From assembly GCA_020353515.1 (NCBI GenBank), contig CP070695.1:928299-992298 (forward strand): a stretch of DNA of 64,000 nucleotides, written 5' to 3'. The translations under genes were made by a program, and so were the position numbers. Position 1 is the first letter of the stretch, and the number at the start of each line of letters is the position of its first letter. This document shows, piece after piece, positions 10,001 to 17,300 of the stretch. This DNA comes from Candidatus Heimdallarchaeota archaeon (GTDB taxonomy: Archaea; Asgardarchaeota; Heimdallarchaeia; Hodarchaeales; Hodarchaeaceae). Below the pieces are notes generated by a model, which worked only from the letters and a program-made list of their open reading frames with translations, was not told the DNA's origin and searched no databases.

Positions 10001-11336
10001 TAACTGCCATGATGCAATATTTATTGATGACTCCCAAAACTGTGGAGTTTTCAATAACCTTATTTATTCTAATTCTGAAAATGGGATTTTCTTACACGCC
10101 TCTAATTACATCAATATTTTAGCTAACACAATTCGTTTCAATGGAGCTAATGGGATTTTTCTACTCAACTCTAACGATAGCACGATTTCGGATAACATTA
10201 TTTATGGGAACGGGGACACAGGTACAGGAAGCGGGATCGGTGCGAGTCTCCAAGCTTCCAATCGAGGGAATGGCATCTTCCTCGATCCTGCAGACAACAA
10301 TAAAATTACAAATAATACTATTCATAGTAATCTCGAAGATGGAATTTATTTATTCGAGTCAGATGAGACTCTTATCTCCAATAATACTATCAATGATAAT
10401 GGGGGTAATGGAATCACTCTCGAAGATTCAGATGAGAATACCATTTCGGATAATATTATTTATGGAAACGGGGACACGGGAACTGGAAAGGGGATCGGTG
10501 CGAGTCTTCAAGCTTCCAATCGAGGGAATGGTATCTTCCTCGATCCAGCAGACGACAATATCATTAGTAATAACGAAATTTATGAGAATGAGGTAAATGG
10601 GATCTATATCTTGGAAACAAAAACCACCCAGATTTTTAGCAACTGGATCTTTGGAAACGGATGGAACGGTATTTTTCTAGAATTGTCAAATCTAAATAAA
10701 ATTTTTGACAATTTCATTGGTGGACTTGCTTTTATTAGTATGAACGGAATAGGTGCATCAGTTGGTACAATAGTAAAGCAAGAAGCCTCTAATCGTGGGA
10801 ATGGAATCTTTCTTGAGGTTTCCAGTGAAAACAACATTTCTAAAAATGATATCTCGAACAATACAAACTATGGAGTGATTCTTGATGAGGATTCCAGCGA
10901 TAATATGATCCAATGGAATGATTTCTTTGGTAATAACCCTAATGGGACTTCCCAGGCGTTTGATGATGGATTAAATAACGAATTCTCCTACAATTACTGG
11001 GATGATCATGATAATTCAGATACGAATGGTGATGGCGTAGCTGATAGTCATTACAAAATTAATGGGGATGCGAAAAACTTTGATCAGTCTCCAATGGCCA
11101 CACCTGATGGAGAATTGATACCATCTCCTCCTTCGCCTCCAGATCCGTTATTGTTACTCCTATTTTTCCTCCTAATCCTTAGTTTTGGTGGAATGGCTCT
11201 TTCTTATGTCTATCGTAAGCGTTTGAGATTATGGATCAAAAAAAGGACTCGGAAACGTACTATACAAGAGTATGAATCCCTGATCGAAAAAGCGGAAGAA
11301 CTTGCTCGAGCTTGGGAAAGAGACATTAAGGATTAA
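4020..11336 (+). CDS. Giant (2438 aa) membrane-anchored cell-surface protein: N-terminal signal/anchor, 7 SBBP-type beta-propeller repeats, 4 NosD/PbH1 right-handed beta-helix modules, one Fn3/Ig-like insert, C-terminal TM helix and a basic cytoplasmic tail
   Basis: The N-terminus is MRKVRRGLLILLLLIY. Seven repeats have the form YSTYVxGxNxDxGxxIAIDxxGNAYxTGxTxSTDFPTxNAY. There are many NxxIxxN PbH1-type turns. Four module ends have the form YNYW(D/N)DW..PD..(D/N)GI(V/A)D..Y.IDG...(D)P(Y/F)PL. The C-terminus is PSPPSPPDPLLLLLFFLLILSFGGMALSYVYRKRLRLWIKKRTRKR. Confidence 0.8.
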   Translation: MRKVRRGLLILLLLIYNINYFQGFLSQSLNDQELNEELQPLKRTIPRLTSQDSNQITSEELKNIVEESLKGFVGGFLENKGQKNEAVYYYAESSQMGVGFSISEIRFIISITDDLEKDNPQEELLTGKKPTYTSFTLELLGSNEVIPIAQDPTGSFSNFFYGSDEIRWAISSPYYDKIVYYNIYEKIDLVYMLKKGQLKYEFFVHPGGNVKDIRLHWTGPISLELLNAGINIKVHCDDMTDSLSEVSFIDTKPIFFQSFERKNPILGSFEFLGPTTYGFSLPWYDLTEILIIDPTLSYSTYVSGNNHDIGKGITIDGAGNAYVTGYTFSSNFPTKNAYDATGGGNPYDRDVFVFKLNSTGNGLIYSTYVSGNNDDYGIGIAIDGMGNAYVGGDTLSTDFPTVNPYNATGGGNQSYRDVFVFKLNSTGNGLDYSTYVVGNNDDFFKKIAIDSLGNAYVTGHTFSTNFPAINAYNATGDGNPSYRDAFVFKLNSTGNGLLYSTYVGGSNNDWVNGIAIDEVGTAYVTGTTYSTDFPTVNAYNATGDGKVGTADAFVFKLNNTGTSLFYSTYVSGSNYDTGVGIAIDGVGNAYITGETTSTDFPTMNAYNASHSGAFNDIIVFKLNGTGNGLVYSTYVGGNNDDRGLDITIDSSGNAYITGYSYSTDFPTVNAYNDTGDGSTSYSDVIVFELNSTGNGLTYATYVSGSNSDWGHSIAIDSSGSVYITGQTYSTDFPTVNAYNSTGDRNITTLDVIVMKLKFYHDPIYIDNNADFTTLGFPGDGTLSNPYRIEGYKFVNSTTTLIHIKDTTSYLTIRDNWLDGISGTNDGIFLENVINGVIEYNTILNSYCGINLYSSSNNNISHNTVFNNSLVGVSINSSSNFNTLFNNFVYNNSNHGIIVFYSSHSNILANNTITKITLYHGISVGYTSYDNTLANNTIYNIPNVGIYLESASFNIITGNIIHQNGKHGIALYPSSNNNTVYRNTIYNHTIWSTPCGIYLQAANYNTIFCNNISDNGYGIFFNTNSDENIAYLNNFEGNTNWEAYDIGAGTIFHHNGIGNYWGSAYAGSDDDNDGLGDLPFSSGIFGNQDPYPLMFKVECIEGNRTVNIEIYQDMTIVLMGDLTVASSGNLTLQNVMVTTRGSSYPQNINDVDSGNIILMENCTFYYINITLSTNLTISSPNYLTFHNVTLWMKCSFVGQFRIEVENGGELTIETSSTITAFNPTYAWYLKANPGSTLRLTNSTFCYAGYDWGTPSGIWVNTNGTQILNCTIRNNFIGLYFFQATSSLCAKNLIYDNTYDGIWFYSSSYNTIVNNTIYDNNRIGINLVLSSNSNNIKNNKIYNNFGYGIDLETSSTDNNVSWNKFIGNNVGGAQVKDYPTGNSFTYNYWDDWTSPDTNHDGIVDNVYYIDGAAGNTDPYPLIYPYTPHAIIFIDNETDFVTLGFPGLGTISNPYIIEEYFISDIATSLIHIENVTAYFIIRSNLLIGKTGGNCVNIVNTTHGLIIDNIIQNTNVGINVFESSDNTISNNIVTNNNFGVILTNSSSLNTIYNNMIFNNSVYGVIVSFSSDNNNVSSNLLYNNTYSGISLLYCIYNKIFNNTIFNQFEASPLGNSITLSLYANNNTISNNTIYNNSNDGIWANSTSFNIIIYNSIFNNTNCGIYLAYSNNINLTSNFIFNNSNDGIYSGTSSYCNISQNKVYTNSFDGIRLQNTAYTTVNNNTIIGNSEYGINLDSATHDNIIIWNDFINNNPIGGESQAYDVGSLNNFTYNYWNDWTTPDIDSNGIVDDPYLIDGGNFDPFPLTLSFSQPHQLLIPLIISPIGGTILNGIVTIRWNEATDSLDHQVTYTIYYSEDAGTTWVLIRSVTVTSISWDTRIRRNGTDYLIRVNATCSEGLMTFDVLDTTLTIQNPPIEEPIVIIRNADFESLGFQGAGTEDNPYVIEGYYFADDSMVLIDIQHTDVHFIVRNNYLNGISGEFTGANFFNVTYGVIEDNIIYNCHDAIFIDDSQNCGVFNNLIYSNSENGIFLHASNYINILANTIRFNGANGIFLLNSNDSTISDNIIYGNGDTGTGSGIGASLQASNRGNGIFLDPADNNKITNNTIHSNLEDGIYLFESDETLISNNTINDNGGNGITLEDSDENTISDNIIYGNGDTGTGKGIGASLQASNRGNGIFLDPADDNIISNNEIYENEVNGIYILETKTTQIFSNWIFGNGWNGIFLELSNLNKIFDNFIGGLAFISMNGIGASVGTIVKQEASNRGNGIFLEVSSENNISKNDISNNTNYGVILDEDSSDNMIQWNDFFGNNPNGTSQAFDDGLNNEFSYNYWDDHDNSDTNGDGVADSHYKINGDAKNFDQSPMATPDGELIPSPPSPPDPLLLLLFFLLILSFGGMALSYVYRKRLRLWIKKRTRKRTIQEYESLIEKAEELARAWERDIKD
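4905..6290 (+). repeat. Seven tandem ~60-aa SBBP-type beta-propeller repeats (coding), also partly repeated at the DNA level
   Basis: The motifs SYSTYVSG, IYSTYVSG, DYSTYVVG, LYSTYVGG, FYSTYVSG, VYSTYVGG and TYATYVSG are each followed by (I/V)xIDxxGxxY(V/I)(T/G)G and (D/N)FP(T/A)xN(A/P)Y. The DNA block gtgttcaagctaaacagcacggggaatggttta recurs near 5080 and 5480. Confidence 0.75.
10185..10301 (+). repeat. Intragenic direct repeat, copy 1 (117 nt) inside the giant surface-protein gene
   Basis: Encodes ISDNIIYGNGDTGTGSGIGASLQASNRGNGIFLDPADNN. By eye it has about 11 mismatches in 117 nt against copy 2, with an offset of 258 nt (86 codons). Confidence 0.8.
10443..10559 (+). repeat. Intragenic direct repeat, copy 2 (117 nt)
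   Basis: Encodes ISDNIIYGNGDTGTGKGIGASLQASNRGNGIFLDPADDN. A third, degenerate copy (GIGASVGTIVKQEASNRGNGIFLEVSSEN) follows near 10750-10850. Confidence 0.8.
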
Positions 11337-11531
11337 ATAGTTTTCACGAAAAGTTCGAATTGAAGTGGGATTCATCCCTCTTTTTCACCAATTTCTTTTC
11401 TTGGTATAAAAACAGAATCATGATATTCATTTTTCCTTATTCAAAAAAAATCACTTTTAATTAGTTAATGAATCAGACATTTTCCAGAATAGGAAAATTA
11501 TTAATTGGTATCGTTGTTAAGTATATGAAGT

Positions 11532-13421
11532 TTGAGGTTCTTTTTTTTGCCTACTCAAAAAATACATGACCAGACAGATGTACAATCACAAGTTTCCACG
11601 CTTAAGGCTGCGAAGGATCTTCTTTTCTTAGGTAAGTTCATTGATGCTTTACAAAATATAGACCAATTAGAAAAAATAGATTCTAAAGAAGATTCTTTAA
11701 AGATAGAGAGCCAGATTTATAAAAGTCTTATCTTGACTCGTCTTGGGAATAATGTTGAGGGATTGAAACTTGCTGAAAAGGCATTGAAAGAGACTGTTCG
11801 AATTAAAAATCAATCTTTAGAGATCGCTGCTTATATTTCAAAGATTACTGCTCTTCTAGACACCGGAGACTTTGATAACAGCCTAGAAGCAATAGAAGAA
11901 GCTGAAAGATTACAGATATCAATCAATAAAATAGGAGAACATGATTTCATAGCAAGAAATGCAACCTTAAATTATCTAAAAGGTAAAGCCTTTAGAAAAA
12001 AGGGCGATCTAAATCGAGCTATCAAACATTTAGAGCACAGTTTGACTATTCAACAAGATTTAGGAAATAAATTCGAGATTGCTGATGCTCAAAATGATCT
12101 GGGAATCATTCACGCGACAAAGGGAAATTTAGATATGGCTCTCATTTCCCTTGACCAAAGTCTCATGGTATTTCAGGAATTAGATTTAAGACAACAAATT
12201 ATTAAGTCTACGAATAATCTTGGTATGATTTATGGTATAAAGAGAGATCATAACAGGGCTTTAGATTATTATCAGAGGAGCTTAGCTCTAAGTGAAGAGA
12301 TTGAAAATAAGCATTTTACTGCAGCTCTGTCCCTGAATATTGGTTTAATTCATCGTCAAAAAGGAGATCTTACCTCTGCATTAGAATTCTTTGAGAAAGC
12401 AAAAATTGTGTTTGAAGAACTTGAACACGAAAGAGAATTAGCAACCTGTTTCAATAATATTGGAGCTGCTTATAATATTTTAGGGGAATTTAACCAAGCA
12501 TTAAGCTTTTTACAAGAAGGATTAAAGTTAGCAGAAAAATTTGGAGATAAGAGGGAAATCTCGACGAGTCTTCAGAATATTGCCAATGTACACGAAATAC
12601 GGGGTGATTTTGATACAGCAATAACTTATTACAAGAAAAGTTTAGAAATTTCTGAAGAAATAGGGAGTAATTATGATATCGCAGATTTACTCTATAATCT
12701 GATTGTTGTATCCATTTCTGCTGGATTTAGTGAAAATGCGAACTTCTATTTAGAAAAATTGTCTGACATCAACAATGAAGAGAAAGACGATTTAATTAAT
12801 CAAAAATACCGATTATCAAAAGCGATTGTATTGAGAACAAGTGAAAGGTTAATTAAAAGAGCTGAAGCTCAACAATTATTCCAAGATCTCGCTCAGGAAG
12901 AAATTCTCGATATAGAGCTTACCATTTCAGCCTTACTAAACTTGTGTGAGCTATTGATCTTGGAATTAAAGACCTCTGGAAGCGAAGAAGTGTTAAAAGA
13001 GGTTAAAATAATATTAGAACGACTTTTCGAGATGGCTGAAGAGCAACATTCTTATTTATGGCTTACTGAAATCTATTTGCTTCAAGCAAAAACATCCCTC
13101 CTTGAGCTGAACATCAGTAAAGCTCAAGATTTAATAAACCAAGCAATGGTTATTGCGGAAATGAAAGGATTAAATCAGCTCGAGAAAACGATCTCTTTGG
13201 AACATGACTTGATTTTTTCTCAACTTAATAAATGGAATAAAATTATTGAACAGAAACCTTCTGTGAGCGAGGTTCTAGAGTTAACCCAGTTTGAACAGTT
13301 TCTTGAACGAATGGTCTTTAAAAAAATCTATTGTAGAGAAGAAGAAATTCAAGAATATGCAGAGAAAGCCCAAATGTTAGTAGAAAAGTGGGAGAGAGGA
13401 GTAAGCGTTAAGGATGTGTAA
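11532..13421 (+). CDS. Tetratricopeptide (TPR) repeat protein, 629 aa, apparently cytosolic
   Basis: About 34-40-aa repeats recur, of the type A..N.LG.IY...GD...AL.Y...SL.I.EE.G (for example NNLGMIYGIKRDHNRALDYYQRSLALSEEI and NNIGAAYNILGEFNQALSFLQEGLKLAEKF). TTG start. No TM segment. Confidence 0.75.
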   Translation: MRFFFLPTQKIHDQTDVQSQVSTLKAAKDLLFLGKFIDALQNIDQLEKIDSKEDSLKIESQIYKSLILTRLGNNVEGLKLAEKALKETVRIKNQSLEIAAYISKITALLDTGDFDNSLEAIEEAERLQISINKIGEHDFIARNATLNYLKGKAFRKKGDLNRAIKHLEHSLTIQQDLGNKFEIADAQNDLGIIHATKGNLDMALISLDQSLMVFQELDLRQQIIKSTNNLGMIYGIKRDHNRALDYYQRSLALSEEIENKHFTAALSLNIGLIHRQKGDLTSALEFFEKAKIVFEELEHERELATCFNNIGAAYNILGEFNQALSFLQEGLKLAEKFGDKREISTSLQNIANVHEIRGDFDTAITYYKKSLEISEEIGSNYDIADLLYNLIVVSISAGFSENANFYLEKLSDINNEEKDDLINQKYRLSKAIVLRTSERLIKRAEAQQLFQDLAQEEILDIELTISALLNLCELLILELKTSGSEEVLKEVKIILERLFEMAEEQHSYLWLTEIYLLQAKTSLLELNISKAQDLINQAMVIAEMKGLNQLEKTISLEHDLIFSQLNKWNKIIEQKPSVSEVLELTQFEQFLERMVFKKIYCREEEIQEYAEKAQMLVEKWERGVSVKDV

Positions 13422-13640
13422 TTCCACCCATCAGATGTATATGACAATTTAATGGCTATTTCTTTTCCCAAATTATTTTCATTACACAAAATAAATCTAA
13501 TCTGATTAATAAAGCAATATTTAAATTATTCAGCTTCCATCATATACAGGATTAATAATTAGTAAAACAGAGTTATCAATGCAATCAAGTGTTTAAACCA
13601 GTTTATTTGGCTAATAAAAGCTTGGTTTAGGTGAAATAGC

Positions 13641-14276
13641 ACGATTGTTTATGCAATTTATGTTATATCTGATGATGGTCGGACTATTTTATCAGAAAGT
13701 TTCCAGTCCAGTGAAGATTTTCCAGATGCCATCTTACTCGGGGGACTGCTTACTGCTCTTCAAAATCTGACTATTGAGATGACTCAAGCCGATTCTGAGA
13801 TGCAGAGTATTGAAATTGAAGGTCTCTCATATCACATCAGATCATTTGGTTTTTTTCGACTCGTTCTTGTGACTGATGTTCCTAAAACTCCAGAGGACAT
13901 CATTCAAATGGTAGGTTTCCGTTTTATTAAACAGTATGGCGAAGTACTAATGGACTGGGACTCTAATCTAAGCATCTTTGCTCCTTTTCAAGACACCATT
14001 CGTGAAATTATTCAGACTGAGACGAGTACCGATGAATCCAAATCAATTATGCCCAGTAAGAGGCTATCTACAGGGGAAATTTTCCAACTTCCCTCTCGTC
14101 TTCAAAAGACTGCTTTGGCACTGGTTTCTTTAGAACAGGGTACAGTAAACGAAATTTCGGAGGAAAGTGGCGAAAAAAAGCATGTAGTGAGAAGAAATCT
14201 GAACTCTCTACATGAAATGGGATTTATTGGAAAAAAACAAAAGAAGAGAGCAATAACATATTTTTGTTCAATTTAA
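13641..14276 (+). CDS. Longin/roadblock-like + winged-helix protein, paralog 3 of 3. The conserved N-terminus lies upstream of the first ATG, so the gene needs a non-canonical start (ACG 13641 / ATT 13644) or is 5'-truncated
   Basis: The ORF track starts at ATG 13779, but the same frame is open from 13635. That stretch encodes TIVYAIYVISDDGRTILSESFQSSEDFPDAILLGGLLTALQNL, which is homologous to the N-termini of paralogs 1 and 2. AGGTGA at 13629-13634 sits just upstream. There is no in-frame ATG, GTG or TTG between the TGA at 13632-13634 and 13779. Confidence 0.55.
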   Translation, partial: TIVYAIYVISDDGRTILSESFQSSEDFPDAILLGGLLTALQNLTIEMTQADSEMQSIEIEGLSYHIRSFGFFRLVLVTDVPKTPEDIIQMVGFRFIKQYGEVLMDWDSNLSIFAPFQDTIREIIQTETSTDESKSIMPSKRLSTGEIFQLPSRLQKTALALVSLEQGTVNEISEESGEKKHVVRRNLNSLHEMGFIGKKQKKRAITYFCSI

Positions 14277-14335
14277 ACTCATTGTTGACTGAATCCAGAC
14301 ATTTTTATCCGTATTTTTCAGTAAATGATCTATGA

Positions 14336-17300
14336 CTAAATTTGACCTCCACACATACTGCAAAATTTAGCTCCAGGAATAATAACTACTCCACAATTGT
14401 GGCAAAATTTTCTTACTTCAGGTGTTCTCTCAGAAGTTGAAGGATAATATCTTGTGGGGTAAGTTTCCATCACTGAATAAGGCGAGGTTCTATAGCTAGT
14501 TCTCTTTCGAATGAGAATTGCAGCACCACTAATGATTGCAACAGCTAAAACTCCGAAGATAAGAAGAAAGATAGGATCTATATTTATTGATGTACTGACC
14601 AAAAAGAAAACTATTTCAATGTCATAATTCCCTTGAGTATCACGGACGAAGATTAGAAGAACGAATAGTTGATTATTTATCTCCAGCTGATACCCCTCAA
14701 AATCAGGTATCGGGATTGGGTTAGTAGGGACGGTAAATGTCCCAATGTTTTCACTTGAATTTGTAGATGACTGGGGAATTTCAAAATGATCTAAAACTGT
14801 TCGATCAGCATACCAAAAATAAAGGTGAATAAATTGCAGATGCATTATAAATTCATCACTATTGTCATCTTGTCCGATTAACCTTAGTTCAATAGTATCC
14901 CCAGGATTCCAAGTAGGTATATCTGATACAAGTTCAATCTCACGATAATAACTTAGTGGATTCCCCCCAATCGTGCTTCTTACGTCAAGTGATGGAACAG
15001 GATCTGGGATAAAGAAGCTCCCTCTCTCGATTTTCAATAAAATCGAATCATTTGATCTTATTTTACTCCAGACTTGGATGTCGAAGGAATAATAACCAGT
15101 AGAGTAATTTTCAGGAATAGACCAAGAAAGAGTCTGCTGGGTACCAGAGTTATTTAATAATTCGGTTTCTAAGATAATTTCTTTCATTGCCTTAAGAGGT
15201 GGAATTATCACCTCTAGCGTATCTTCAAACTGACTAGAAATTAACAAGATAGATTGAACTGAACTAGATTCTGAATGAGTTAATGTAAAATTTATTCCTT
15301 GATCGATAATCGAATCGTATGAGTCTTCCTCCGCCCAAGATGGGATAAGGACATTTGAAGAAGCAGAGAAATCTATTTGGATGTCTTTTACCTCAGGGAG
15401 AATAACTATATCAAAAATATCGAATTCTTTTAGAATCATTGTTCCGTTCTTGATTGAAACAGAGATTCGTTGATTTTGATTTTCTCCTAAATCAACTACC
15501 AAACGATGATGTTGTAATGTTGTATTGTAGAGAAATGAGTTTTCGAGAGGTGAACTACCATTAGAAAAAGAGAGTACAATAGAAAGGGGTGATTGATCAG
15601 AATAGTAAGCTGATATTTCTAACTGGTGACTTGGGGTTATTTGTGAATTGACAACCAATCCAGTTTCAGGTTTTAACCAATTAAATACGTTTTTTGTAAA
15701 ATTTTGACCATCATTTGTTGAAAGAAATGAAGAAGAAAACCAATATTCGCTTCCCAAAATTAATACCTTGCCTTTACTGACAGGTTCATAGGCTGCTGCC
15801 ACTAAATTAGATTGGTTATCGATCCATGCCTGGTACTTAAGATTGGAGGCATCTTGATCCACTTTAAAGGCTGTTCCCTGTTTAAAAGGCATGAGATCGA
15901 CTTTTTCAAAAAATGGATTCCCTATCTCCCATATTATTTCTTTCTCAGGATCAAGAGGAATTGGATCACGATTTCTACCATCATCTACGTAATCTACAAG
16001 ATCTAGCCGATCAAAAAAATCTAAAGGAATTCCAAGTGTTTTTACTACTCGAGAATAGGGATCTGGATTGAAGTATGGGAATACAGAGGTGATAAGAAGA
16101 ATTGATCCGTTTTGATTGTGAAATTTAGAAATATAATTTAATTCCCTCTCAGAAATAGGATATTCTAAATCAGTAAGAACCAAAATATCGTTTTGAGACA
16201 TATTTTGCCAGGTCAAGGCTGTTTCATATTGATTCATGTCAAACTTTAAATTCGAAACCATGAATTCATCCAATTCCCGATAGTTGAAAAATGCTGAATC
16301 ATCTTTGCCAGTATAAAATGTATCCCAGTATAATTTAGATTTGGGATTAGTTATCGTAAGACTGATTGGAATTGAGTAAGTAGTGTCAAGAAATGTATAA
16401 TCAAGACTTCCTTGGTAATTTCCTGGAATACTATCTAATGGGATCGAGATATTCAAATATTTCTCAAAATAACCAGCGGTGGATTGCACATGATTTGTAC
16501 TATTAAAAATGATAAATTTTTTAATTGAATCTGAAATGTTCCAACTGATAGTACCTCCTATTCCAGTTAGAAAGGACAACTTGATCTGGGTTTGATCTCC
16601 TGGAAATGTGATTCGTTCAGCAAATTCAATAGGTTTATCACTCCTCGCTTTAGGTAGAGAAGATATTAAATCAAAACCTCCAATCTGTTCTGATTGTTCT
16701 AAAATAGTAGAAGCCATTCCAACATTGATTAATCCACTTCCTTGGGTATACTGAGATTCTTGTAAATCAACAGCTGTTTCCTGAAGAGCTGCACGAATCG
16801 CGGAAGGAGTTATTTGGGGATATTGATGTTTTAATAGCGCAACTGCTCCACTGACGACAGGTGTTGCCATACTTGTACCTGAAAGCGAGATATAATCCCC
16901 TAATTCAACACCTACGATTGATTCGTACGCGAGTTCTAATACACCTTCAGGGGCTAAAGGAGCATATATTTGGGTACCTGGAGCAACAACGTCAGGATCA
17001 ACTTTGTAATCATACGATGGACCACGACTCGAATATGACGCGACATTGGAACTTCCATTTGTAGCACCCACTGTAATAACCTTTTTTGATGAAGCTGGGG
17101 AGCCAATGGAAGCCAATTTATCATCAGAGCCTTCATTACCTGCTGCAACAACCACTACAATTCCAGCATCCACGGCTTTATCGACTGCAAGGGTTAATTC
17201 ATCTCCTGATCCCCAAGGAGAGGATCTTCCAAAACCAATGGAAATTGAGATAACATCAACTTCTTGATGGATTGCTTCATCAATTGCTGCAAGCATTACA

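Noticed and set aside
6559-10861. Many 60-150-aa ORFs nested in the giant surface-protein gene on other frames or the opposite strand (for example 6559-6741, 6864-7178, 7753-8067, 8869-9165, 10141-10596, 10604-10861)
   Set aside because: All lie wholly inside a 7.3-kb ORF with strong repeat and domain logic. Their translations are low-complexity I/L/S/T strings, as expected from alternative frames of AAT/ACT-rich repeats.
15812-17267. Short plus- and minus-strand ORFs inside the S8 protease gene (15812-16006, 16861-17064, 16954-17151, 17046-17267)
   Set aside because: They are nested in a gene with an intact catalytic triad and have no independent support.
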